Assembly: GCF_035084215.1 (NCBI RefSeq) | Contig: NC_090332.1 | Span: 9,052,001 to 9,116,000, forward strand | DNA: 64,000 nt | Direction of reading: 5' to 3' | From: Heptranchias perlo | Taxonomy: Eukaryota | Shown here: positions 36,640 through 48,900 of the stretch, piece by piece | Layout: every line of letters starts with the position of its first letter | How positions within the stretch are numbered: the first letter of the stretch is position 1 | Position numbers and translations under genes: made by a program | The notes under the pieces: model-generated | Database searches by the model: none | Seen by the model: only the letters and a program-made list of their open reading frames with translations | What the model was told of the DNA's origin: nothing

Positions 36640-37500
36640 ATCTGTAAACATAAGAAAAAGTCAGAAGGACTAGAAAAAGCCATTCAACCCTTGGAGCTCA
36701 TACTGCTGGTACTCTAATTCTCCGAGTCCAGTATCCAACTGCATCTTGAACACCCCTAACTACCTTACCTGTTAGATTATTCCAAACGTTCATCACCCTT
36801 TGAGTAAAGAATTGTTTTGTAATATCTATTTTAAATTTACCTCTGTCCTCTGGTCCTGAAATAACTATCTGGGTTCATATCTATGTCAGTTAATATTACA
36901 TACTTTGATGAGGTCTCCACTTTACCTGCATTGTTTCTAGAGTGTAGAACTTAAGCCTTTTCCTCATAGCTCACTCTCTTTATCCTTGGGATCATTCTTG
37001 TTGTTTTTCTCTGCACACATGTCTGTTTTGAAGTACGGTGACCAAAACTGCACACAGTACTCCCAAGTCTATCTGACCAGTCAATTATGAAGCCTCTGTA
37101 AACTGACACTCTTGCTCTGTGTCCCAACAGTCTATTTGCTGTTTTAACAGCTTCGTGTCCATTGTCTTGACTTTGAAACAGTCAAGTCTACAATCATTTC
37201 CAGGTCCCTTTCAAATGCACCCTGTGCTAATTTTTGTACCCTTCATTGTAAATCTATGATGCTCATCTGTGTTGAAAATATGCATTATTTCGCATATGTT
37301 GGTATTAAATTTCATTTTCCATTTGTCTCCCATTTGCAAATCCTTCTGCAGAATATCAACTGCATCCCCCATCCCTTCTGCACTCCCTATTTTAGTGTTG
37401 ATCTTTGCATCCGGGTCATTTGTGTGGATACAAAAAAAGCACCAGCACCCGTGGTACTCCACTCAGCACCTTCCCCCAGTCTGACACTACACCTCTTCTG
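36640..37500 (-). mobile_element. Old CR1 LINE fragment
   Basis: Degenerate DKWKMKFNTNICEIMH, YCVQFWSPY-like segment and CR1 tail. Confidence 0.7.
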
Positions 37501-38314
37501 AGTACTCTCCATTTTCAGCTTTTCCCAGTGTCATATTCTACCCTGAATATTAGTTTTATTAATAGGTCTTAGAGAGTGAATGAGTATGAACAGAGTTTGT
37601 GTGAGAGAAAGTGCAGCATAAAACATTTAAATTTCACCCACCTTCTATATTTCTCACAAGTTTTGATCTCTCTGAAAACTTAACTTTTGATCTCCCTCAT
37701 AACATTTCTTAATTTTCTTAATCTGTTAATTTTTCTCCTGCCTCCCCATTTCTCTCTTGAGCTTTCATCATGGACCCCTCTGTACTCTCCCCTGAAGCAT
37801 CCAACAAACAGTACCTTTTGCAGAGCAACACCCCTCCTTCACACACCCATAATGAAAACTCTTGGCTGAGCAAACAGAGTAGGCCCTGTCACAGAACTGA
37901 ACTGTCGTATAAGACCATCTAACCTTCGTGCAGCTTGACTCTGCTAATTTAGTTAATGTATTCCATTTAAAATGCACAAACCAAGATACATGACAGGCCT
38001 TGGGAACTTGTGGCAAAATAAATTACCAACAGGTCAGACCTACATAACTCAGGAGCTTGAAGCGGAAGACAAAAAAATGGAAAATAATTACAGGGGCAGC
38101 AGTAGAGATGCGACAGTTAGTCTCAGTGCTCCGTGGTGGGAATCAGACAGGGGTCCAGGTTGCTATGCAGCATCCCCGGCTGGAAAGTCAATGCGTAGAA
38201 AAGTCAGGCAAGGACAAGAGCAGGCTCATATGTGATGCTGTCCACAGTTGAATTGCCTACCAATGTTCATTGACTTCTAGAACATTGCAGGAAAATGGAT
38301 GGGGCACATTTTAA

Positions 38315-38845
38315 TTTTATTCATTTGTTCTCAGAATATGGACAATGTTGGCAAGGCCACATTTATTGTCCATCCCTAGTTGCCCTCAGAAGGTGGTGGT
38401 GGGCCTTCTCCTTGAACTGCTCCAGTCTTTGTGGTGATGCTACTCCTACAATGATGTTAGATAGGAAATTCCAGGATACTGACCCAACAATGGTGAAGGA
38501 ACAGCAACATATGTCCAAGGCAGGATGGCGTGTGATTTGGAGGGGAACTTGGTCGTTTTATTATAAGAGTTATGAATGGAGACGAACACTTTGGGATTGT
38601 CATTTAAAAGCCCCATTCCTAACTTTATGACAAGTGGAAAACTTTGATGAAGCAGCTGAAGGTGGTTGGAGCAAGGACACTACCCGAAAAATTTGACAGC
38701 GATGTCCTGGGGCTGTGATGATTGGCCTCTGACAACCACAACCATCTTCCTGTGCGTCAGGTATGACTGCAGCCATTGGACGGTTTTCCCTTTGACCCCC
38801 ATTAACCTCAATTTTGGTCGGACTCCTTGGTGCTGTACTTGGTTG
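38315..38845 (-). mobile_element. Degraded copy of the poly(A)-tailed LINE family
   Basis: Similar to 7484-7720 and 8420-8615. Confidence 0.7.
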
Positions 38846-38849
38846 AGAA

Positions 38850-39200
38850 AGGAAAGCACCTTTCACAACCTCAGGCCGTCCCAAAGCGATTTATAGCTAA
38901 TTAAGTACTTTTGAAGTGTTGTCACTGTTTTAATGTAGGAAACGCAGCAGCCAATTTGCACACGGCAAGATCCCACAAACAGCAATGTGATAATGAGCAG
39001 ATAATCTGTTTTTAGTGATATTGGGGTTGAGGGATAAATATTGGCCAGGACACCAGGGAGTACTCCCCTGCTCTTCTTTGAATAGTGTCATGGGATCGTT
39101 TACATCCACACAAGAGGGCAGACGGGGCCTCGGTTTAACGTCTCATCTGAAAGGCACCTCTGACAGTGCTGTACTCCCTCAGTATTGCAGTGAAGTATTG
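38850..39200 (-). mobile_element. Deu-domain SINE (SacSINE1/AmnSINE1-like) with L2-type tail
   Basis: AAGTACTTTTGAAGTGT.GTCACTGTT.TAATGTAGGAAACGCAGCAGCCAATTTG. Related copies at about 1300-1690, 10300-10392, 12430-12680, 13790-14062, 26735-26820, 29290-29530, 34050-34152, 41325-41660 and 63600-63800. Confidence 0.7.
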
Positions 39201-40104
39201 GTATTGGCATAGCTCAATGTAATAATCTGGGATTTTTTGCTTAGTCTGTCTTTGTATGGGTAAACGGGAGGAGGAAGACGAGCATTTATTTTCGGTGCAT
39301 CTATGGTATTAAAATTCTAAAATTTCTATCTATACTTTTGAGCAATGTCCCATGTCATCTGAGTGTTGTAAGTTCCAAGTCAATAATTTCACTACCATTT
39401 ATTTTCTCAATGATTTATTAATGTGCAAGCAGCCCTTATGCTATTTAGGAAAAAAAATGCAAATATCTTTGGCAAATTTGATTTTTAAAGGTTTAGGTGA
39501 TCAAAGAACTTGAAATGAAATTTAAAAAAAAAACAAGCTGGAAATCTGAAATAAAAACAGGAAATACACAGCACCTGAAAAGATAGATTAATGATTTAAA
39601 TGGAAACTCTTCCTCAGCACTCATGTTACACCTGAGACATTACCTCATATTGCCTTCCAGGGCTGGAAAGTTGTTAGCCAAACAGAATTCTGAAGTGACT
39701 ATTAAGGAATGTGATCTGGCTGATCCAACCATCAACCTCTTCCCCCACTTGACTTTATTTTAAATAAAACCTCTCAAACCAAATGCTCATGCAACCTTAC
39801 TTTAACATAATTCATTGTCTTTCTTGTTGCTTTGATTCAACTTAAGTTTTCCATAGAACTGAACCAGATTAATTAGAGTTCAGACAGAACTGCCCACAAA
39901 CCTTGCAATTATTTTGTTGCAAAAGGGGAATATAGGTGCTTATGTAATTGTCACCCACCTCCCATTGACTCCTTAATTGGGCTGATTCACAGTTGGCCGA
40001 CCCAAGTAACAATCATTCACGTGTGAACCTAGATGGTGACGTTAACCAACCGTAGAAGACATTGTAGCTGAGCCCATTTGTTTTCTCACAGGTTATGAAA
40101 GTAG

Positions 40105-41060
40105 AATGTTTTTCTCACTGGAGAGAAGTATGCAGTGAGGTCCCTCAGGGATCTGTATTAGGACCATTGCTTTTCTTGTTATATATAAATGACCTGGACT
40201 TGGGTATAGGGAGTACAATTTTGAAGTTTGCAGATGATACAAAACTTGGCAACCTAGTAAATAGTGAGGATAGCGACAGACTGGTGAAATGGGCAGACAC
40301 ATGGCAGATGCAGATAAGTGTGAAGTGATGCACTTTGGGAGGGACAACATGGAGAGGCAGTATAATCTAAATGGCACTATCTTGAGGGGGGTGCATATTC
40401 ACAAATCTTTGAAGGTGGCAGGGCAAGTTGATAAGGCGATTAAGCATATGGGATACATGGCTTTGTAAATAGGGGCACTGAATACAAAAACAAGGAAGTT
40501 ATGCTAAACTTTTACAAATCACTGGTTAGGCCTCAGCTGGAGTATTGTGTCCAAATCTGGACACCACACTTGAGGAAGGATGTCAAGGCCTTGGAGAGGG
40601 TACAGAGGAAGTTTACCAGGATGATACCAGGGATGAGGGACTTGAGTTATGTAGAGAGAATGGAGAAGCTGGGATCGTTCTCCTTAGAGCAGAGAAGGTT
40701 AAGGGGTGCCCTAATTCAAAATTATGAGGGCTTTTGATAGAGCAAGTAGGGAGAAACTGTTTCCTCTGGCAAGTGTGTCAGTAACCAAAGGTCTTGGATT
40801 TAAAATAATTGGCAAAAGATCTAGAAGGGAAATGAGGAGAAATTTTTTCACAAAAGATTGTTGAGATCTGGAACACAATACATATATTACAATATAGGAA
40901 CTTTCAAAAGGCAACTGGACGTGTACTTTAAGAGGACTAATTTCCATGGTTTGGGGGAAAAAACTGGGGCGTGGGACTAAATTGGACAGCTCTTTTAAAG
41001 AGCCGGCACAGAGACCACAGGCTGAATGGCCTCCTTCTGTGCAGTAAGATTCTATGATTC
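40105..41060 (+). mobile_element. CR1 LINE RT/3' fragment
   Basis: VPQGSVLGPLLFLLYINDL..KFADDTKL, YKSLVRPQLEYCVQIW, tail GATTCTATGATTC. Confidence 0.9.
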
Positions 41061-42573
41061 GAAAATCAGAAAATTTTAAATCACCTGGAACATAACCTGT
41101 TTTTTTTTTCCCCCCAGAGCTTGCTCAGAAATACTACAGCAATTCTCAAAGGGTTAATATTCTCAGTGTGAGCAAAATGTGACTGTTCAAATTACAAATA
41201 AACATTGAAGGTTTTTAATAATCAGCCTCCATGCTGAGCTCCATGCATTAAGCTGAATGTAATCTGGGTAGTTAATTTTTTTTTAAGTGTTCAGGATCAC
41301 ACTTCACTTCTCTCAAAGAACAAGCTTGCATTTATAGAATACTTTTCAAGTCCTCAAGGTGTCCCAAAGTGCTTCAGAGCCAATGAATTGAAGTGTAGTC
41401 ATTTTTAAATAGACATGGCAGCCAAATTGCACACAGCAAGCTCACACAAATAGCAATGAGATAAATGACAAGTCCAGGACACCAGAAGAACTCTCCTGCT
41501 CTTCAAATAGTGCAGATCCTTTGTGTCTATCTGAGCAGGCAGATGTTATAACACCTCATGCAAAACATGGCATCTTAACAATGCAGCACTCCCTTAATAT
41601 TGAAGTGGCAGCCTTGGCTATGTACTGAAGTACTGGAATGGGCTTGAATCCGACTCGAGAGGCAAAACTACCAAGAATCAAAACTTTTACAAAGTTGCCA
41701 GGGTCCACTGAGCTGCAGTTAATCTGGTGCAAAGCCAAACCTGTACAAGACTGCCTACCAGATGAGGGCTCAAAAGCTTTTGCTATAGTGCTCAGTTTAT
41801 ACCACTACTATCATGTTAAAGGTACATCCTGTGAGCAGCTTTGTTGATGCAATCTATGAACATATTTTCCTTTTATATTTGAGCAGCACATCAGTGGTGC
41901 ATAAAAGAAAGCAGATTTAGTAATATAGTATACAGAAAGATGTTTGGAGGTGGGGGAATAAAATGTTACAAGTTCTATTCTGGGCTCTACTGGTATCAAT
42001 AGACTGGATATGCTCCGCTGTGACTGAAGTACCAGCTAATATTACAACTACATTATTGTTGCTAGCCTGTTCTCATTTTATTTTTTTCTGACTCCAGTTT
42101 TCTCCTCACAGGGCTGAGGCATAATTCCACAGAAGCTCTCTGGTATCTCACTCAACTGCCCATTCTTCACGTGTAAGCCCAGACAGCTGTCAGTGGTCAG
42201 AATCTCCCAGGGAGAATCACAGCTGAGCTAGATCTATCCACATCATATGCTCACTCTCCAGCACAATTCACTAACTTTCAGGGCAGAGTAAGATAGCAAA
42301 TAATAGTAACACCTTTTAGGGGGGTGGGGGGAGGACAGAACTTCCCAGGGTTTTTCCAGAAATTGGTACAGGTTTTCCCTTCCTCAGGAGTTGGCATTAA
42401 GAATAGCTAGGGAGCACTGAAGTTGTACCATATAGGAGAAGAGGGGGACCATTAAAATGCCCAATGGGTTTTTTTTCCCCTCACCTGTCCTTTCATAGGT
42501 TTGTAATAGTAGCAGAATCAGTTGGTTAATAAACACAAGCAACACACTCAAAGCACAAGTTCAGGGGTTTTTT

Positions 42574-42579
42574 TTTATT
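42574..42579 (-). terminator. Candidate HNRNPU polyadenylation signal AATAAA
   Basis: AATAAA about 270 nt after the stop, followed by a GU-rich tract (GAGTGTGTTGCTTGTGTTT). Confidence 0.6.
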
Positions 42580-42846
42580 TGATAAAATTTTACAGAAAAA
42601 AATGCAGAAACTGAAAATGTTTTCATCCTCTAGAAATTGGAGGTTCACCACATTCCACCTAAACATTACAATTAAAATGTAAAAAAATAAAAGACACTTA
42701 AAAATCAATTAATTGATAAAGCTTCCAAATACGACCTGCAGGCACTTTGTTTTGGAATGTTTAAAAATCAAGATTAAAAAAGTTGACATCTCTTGGTTGA
42801 AGTTACAGCCGCGGTGAAACTGGCGTTGGATCACTCACTGCAGATC

Positions 42847-42903
42847 CTAGTAGTAGTCTTTGCTATACTGATTGCTGTACTGGCTCCAGAACTGTTGAAG
42901 TCG
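42847..42903 (-). CDS. HNRNPU: HNRNPU terminal coding exon 14
   Basis: Polypyrimidine tract + ttacag|[21 protein letters not shown]. An alternative in-frame acceptor lies 12 nt further in. Confidence 0.88.
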   Translation of the reverse strand, partial: RLQQFWSQYSNQYSKDYY

Positions 42904-45900
42904 CTGTAAGATTTTAAAAAAAAGAATGTGAGAATCAGAAAAAAAGAATTGCAACTTTCTGAAAATACAAACCCAGAAAGGTTTTAAGATCAAAGCTGTC
43001 ATAACTAAGCTAGTTAAAGGGAGTAGTATCTCAATAAAGTGCACAGAATCCTAAATGGCGTAAAAGGTCTAAAAACTACCACCCCAGTACTCTTTAATTT
43101 CTAACAGTGTCAGAGGCAATCAGAGAATCCAGTGGTATTGTGAAGTTTAGTTGCCCATAGTCCTCTTTCCTACTTTGTGTCATGAATGGCCATGGGTTCA
43201 TTCGAGGCTCTACTTGCAGTACTGAGGGAGTGCTGCATTGTTAAAAACAGCATTAAAAACAGACTAACTGGGTCATGTTTTGAGTTATGCACAAAATGCC
43301 CATATAATAGTAAGTGCAATTCAAAATAATTACATTTACGTGAAAAATTGAGACATTAGAGAAATGTGATACGGCGCTATACAAATAAATATCTCAACAC
43401 ACTGGAGACCACCGTCTACACAAAATGTCTGTTCCTAGGGTACCATCCTGAGAGGTTCTCCGTTCCTAGCAGAAGGCAAAATGAAAAGTGTGACACCTAT
43501 CCAGGGCTAGTCTAATAGCTTCAGTAGACGTAATAGTATTGCACAAATTAATAAATTGTTGCTTCATCAAAAAAAATGAATGCAGCAATGTTAGGACGAC
43601 AATATTTTGCTTTTCAAAGCATGTGCATGAAGAGAAAGGTATCTCCAATTTTAGAAGTTCCTGCTTCTGTGCTTCAGGATTCTTGAGATTCTTTCATCAC
43701 AAGGAAACCGGGTTTAAAATTGAAATACTAAATCACTATCAATAGCCTTTTCTCCAGAGGCTGCCAGATGGGATGTCCCACTTTTGCTCAGCCGTCCTCC
43801 TCTCTAGGCTGCTTCACGATCCTCCATAATCTTTAACATTCAAGCAACTAATTCCCTTGTAAATGGACTCCAATATGTCTATCAATTTTCTTATCAGCAC
43901 TCATCCTTAGTTACCACCCACAGTTTGAGAATCACTTGTTTTGCATGCTGTCATTGGGGAAGCTAGTTTTTAAAGAACAGTTTTGAACAAGCAAAAAACT
44001 AGCAGATGTCACCATGCTTTTAAATTAATACTTCAGATCAAAAACTAAAATAAGCAGATACCAAATTTAGCAGCAGCATTTGAGATACCTACAAAGAGGA
44101 TACAGGGCTGCAGGTAAACTTGTGGTGTCTGCTGGTCACTTACCGCCTGCTGGTGACGGTTCCAGTTCTGTTTGTAGCCCTGACCTTGGTTGTAGTTTTC
44201 ATTTCTGTAGCCTTGGTTATAGCCACGATTTCCCCTGCCCCTGAAGTTCTGTAGCAATTAAAAAAAGGGTGTTTTAGTCAAGAAACAGGACTGCAGTTTG
44301 CTTTCACATACCCACTAAGCTCAAACTAACAGTCAACAGTAATTTTTTTAGTCCTGCATGTCGCATCTTTCAACCCAAGCGTACAATGGGGCTGATCGGA
44401 AATGATTAACTAATACGCAGTGTTGCTTGATTGCCACCTCCATTTCAACAGCAATGTGAATGACAACAGAATTCCCTCATTCCTATTGCAGATTTCAGTA
44501 TTGTGAACAACTGGTGTATTAGTTTCTTATGAAAGGTGAACCAACGGAGTGCGGTTGGATTTTCCACACTCCAAGCCCTCACACTTTCGAAGCAGCAATC
44601 ACACAATCCTGCTCAGATATCCAATAAATAGTAAAATAAAGGCGGCAATAAACCTCACGGCTACATCATTTCAAAAATCTTTATCCTTAACGTTAACTGT
44701 CATGACAATGTTTGGGTGGGAAGGACCAATTACTGTGCAGGACTTGCAACCAGAAAGAGCAATGAGTACTGTGCATTACAAAGTCAGTAAGAGGAAGAAA
44801 TACTGAGCAGTCGGTGGGAAGAATAATAGACTACCGTTTCAGTCATTCACAGTGAAAGGGTAATAAATGCTGGCGTTGCCAGCAACACCCACATCCCATG
44901 AATGAATAAAAAGAGTAAGAGAAGGTAAGACTGGATAGACCAAAAGGAAAATCAGAGAAGGGAAAACAAAGTGGTCAGGAAGAAAGAAACTGAGGTTTGG
45001 CTGAGAAGATCCATGCAATACTTAATACTTGACACAAACTTGGATGAGCAGCTGCTAGCTTACTGGTACCTAAAACACCACTTGCAAGATGTATGGTCCT
45101 ACAGACTCTGGTAGTTTGCGTTTCAAAAAAACAGAATTATTTTAGAGACAGAAATAATCCAAAATCTGTAATGTACCTGTCCATAGCCTCCTCGGTTACT
45201 GCCTCTGTGGTTGTCTGCTGCACCCCTGTGGTTGTAAGAACCACCTCTGCCACTGTAAGAGCCTCTATCAACAAAACCACCCCTGTTGTAGCCTCCCATT
45301 GGACTGTAGCGTTGATTGTGAGCATAGCCGCGGCTCTGTTGATTCCCCCTTCTATTATATTGTCCACGGTTTGAACCTGTGTAGAAAAGGCAGAGTGTTG
45401 GGGTTATCACATTTCATTTAATAATTCAATTCAACGCTTGAAAAGGAAAAATTTGCATGGCAATGGGGAATAGGACTAATTGGATAGCTCTTTCAAAGAG
45501 TTGGCACAGGCACAATATAATAATTCTAGGAGAAGATGACTTTGAGAAATAGTCAGTTTACAGCAAATATGTTCCCCGCAGAAGGTATTTCCCCAAAACA
45601 TACACATAAATAAGTTCAGAAGACAGACTCTAGGTTTATCCAGTGAGCAGCTGAACCCTACAAACTAGCAAGGTCTCATGTTTGAGTTCTGATCTCAACC
45701 AAAGCTGCTATGGGAATTCCTAGATCGGGGAAGGGAAATTGTCTAGGATTCCTGCTCCTGATTCGTATCTAGCAAAACCTTGCTGAAAGTATATATGCAA
45801 ACAAAATTATGACTACGCAGGCAAGACACTGGAGCCTGCCCGGGACACCAATGAAATCATTCCCCAAAAAGGTTAGTTAGTGTCTTCAGAAGAGACGGGG

Positions 45901-48900
45901 AGAAATCATACACACCTAGGTGGCCAGCTGAAAAGGAGCATTTCCCCCTTGCCTGCAGACGATATAAAAATGCTTACAAAACTATAACATTTTATTCTAC
46001 GTGTTACTTCTGGTCAGCAAGGCTTGTAGGATTTTCTTTTCCCAGTGCAAATACGTGGGTTACAGAGAAAGATTATAATTTTCCAACAAAAGCACCCAGA
46101 CAAAATTGAACCTCATTTTTTTATATATATAAAGCTTGTACAAATGCATTAATCCCCCTACCTCCTCGGAAATGGCCACGGTTCTGATATCCACCACGCC
46201 CTCTCTGGCCACCTCTATTGTACTGGTTCATTCCACCTCGTTGACCACTTCGTCCCCGATTCACCCCTCTTTTCCCAGCATTGGTATTGGGCTTTTTCTC
46301 TGGCGGAAGGGCCGTTTTACTTTCCTCCTTGTATTTCTCAAGCAATTTCTGGGCATCTTCCTTCTGCAGTTCTGCGTAGCTCACCTCATCCAGAAATTCA
46401 CCTGCTTCGGGCAGTGCGAAGATACCTTGAAAAACAGACCATTAAATATAAGAATCTATATGGTGTAGAACATTTCAATAATTGTCTGCAGGTCCACAAT
46501 GACCTCCTTAGAGGTGCAGAACATTGCAGTCATGTTACACCACCATTCTTATTAATAATTCCTTCCTCTCTTTCCCCTGAGAGCAGCTCAATGGCACCAG
46601 CTGTCTTTTGCCACCTTTCTTCATGTGTCAGGCTAGACTGAGCGTAAATAGGCTATTCAACTGTGTGAAGCATCACAGTTGAAGCTCTGTACTCACCCAA
46701 TGTCCACATGTATGCCTTTTCCAGCACTGAACGGCAGCAAGAAAACTTTTTTCTGCTCCCCATCTCAAGGGGTGCAAAAGCCACTTCAGCATCAGCCACC
46801 AGTACAGATCTGGTATCAAACATGGGATAGTCCTGATCTGCATTTCTCAGAGCAATCCATTTATCAACTGAAGCATCAGAGGAGCTCAAACAGAAGCTTG
46901 TAAAACCCGGGAATGCACCCTTCCCCTCTCGTCCTTCAATCCAGGCCACATCTCGCACTGAGCTCGTGACAAAGGACACCGATAATAAAAACATTTGAAG
47001 AAATAAATTTATGAAGTTCATATTACAGGGAGTATATGGGCATTTGTTAAAAACAGGTTGGAAATACACCAATGTGAAGCCTAAGTAATGCGAGACAATA
47101 TCCTGGCTTCAGTGCATTTAGCAGTCAGAACACTGACCAGAACACTGACCAGATTCTTGAGTAACACTTCTATATAATCGCTGCACATCAGAAACTACTT
47201 CATATCAGTGAAAACGATAGTATGCAAATTCAATGAGTAAAATAAACTATTTTGTGAATAGCTGTACGGCCACAAAGGTTTACTGACTGCTAAAAATTTA
47301 ACCAGTAGCTTATGACTACAGATCAATTCTGAAGCAATATTTTTTTTAAAAAGTCACAAGACATTTTAGTTTTATAGCAGGCATGTAAAACACCTAAATT
47401 AAATAAATCTCTATAATTACACTTTACTAATGTCATTTTTTATGGATCAGAAAGGCCAAAAGAAAAAATCCAATGTAATAAGTTACCAGGTGATCAGTAA
47501 GTGCACTATTGTACCACTAACACATCCAAACCAGAGTAAGACCAGGTGTTCTAGCTTCCAAAGAAAAACTGATCAAGGCAAGACCAGAGTTGGACTCAGA
47601 ATTGGATCTACACCTTTCATTTTCAGAACAGCATGCTCTGGGACATCCTTTCCCTCTTCCTCTGCTTTCTTCTTTGAACGCTCCTTATATTCTTCATCTG
47701 ATGGGCAAATGACAACCGCTTTACGCTGGAAGCCTGCGAACAGGCACATCTTCCTTCTCTGTGCAGCTGCACACACATTTGTCTACACAAGAAAATTAAA
47801 AGTTTTTTTTGAAAAAAAAACTGTCCGGCTCATTTGAGTTATCCAGGCACCCCTGCCCCCCCACTCTGACACAGCATCCCATCTTTCTTAAATTAAGCCC
47901 AGACAGCACTAGTTATTGTGCACTAAGTATACAATTAATTACAGCAAACATATCAATACAAAAAAGGAGTGGCTACATCAAGGAGTGAAAGTGCAATATA
48001 CTAGGTTATTTGGTTGTTTTCCTACTTAGCGAGAACTCCAAAGTGCCCTAGTTCTAATCTGTACTCCAATATCAATTTCTTTAAATATAAAAAACTGTAG
48101 TCCTAATTCTATCCTATTCTCCCCCAAACAACCTGACCTATTGCATAGACCATATACAGGAATAAAAATAAACCTGATTATACAACCAGTCAAATGCACG
48201 TCTCAATTGTTAAATAGGAAAAATCAACTCTCCACATACCTGATCAAGAATGTAGTTGCGCTTCTTGCGAGCTGCAATCTCAATAAACTTGCTCAAACAC
48301 TGTGTAGCTTGTTGAATCAATGTAGTTAGTTTACCTCGGTCAGTCTTCTGACGCTTGAAGCTTAATACCTGAAACAGGGTGCAAAAGTTGAACAGAAAAC
48401 AGCCAAGAACATTGCAGATTAAGACTCTGGAAAGGCAGATTAAGACTCTGGAAAGGCCAATGTTAAGCTTTACTCACTTGCATTCCTAAGCACTTCACTA
48501 CATTTGTGCTGATGTGCATGAACAGAGTTATTGATTTTTGTATGGTAGCCATTTACTTTGTGGCGTCTCTTTACAAATAAACCATTGCAGGTATTCGGTG
48601 GTAAAACAACCTATTCATTTTTCCTACACTGAGCATCCAACTTTTAAAGTAGAATCCTTTCCTTGTGCCATGACACCTTGGGTTAACCTATTTATTTTCC
48701 TACACTAGTCAGTTGAGGAATGGAAGTTTTATTTTTTACAGATATGGGAATGGAGTTGGGGGAATGACTTCAGAAACTCACTTCACAGCACCACCTACTT
48801 ACCATTGGGTGCAACTACATTGTTACAGGCAACTGCTTACATACAGGATTGTTTAGATAGGTAGTTTCAATGTTAAATGTTGGAATAAAAGCATTTAAAA

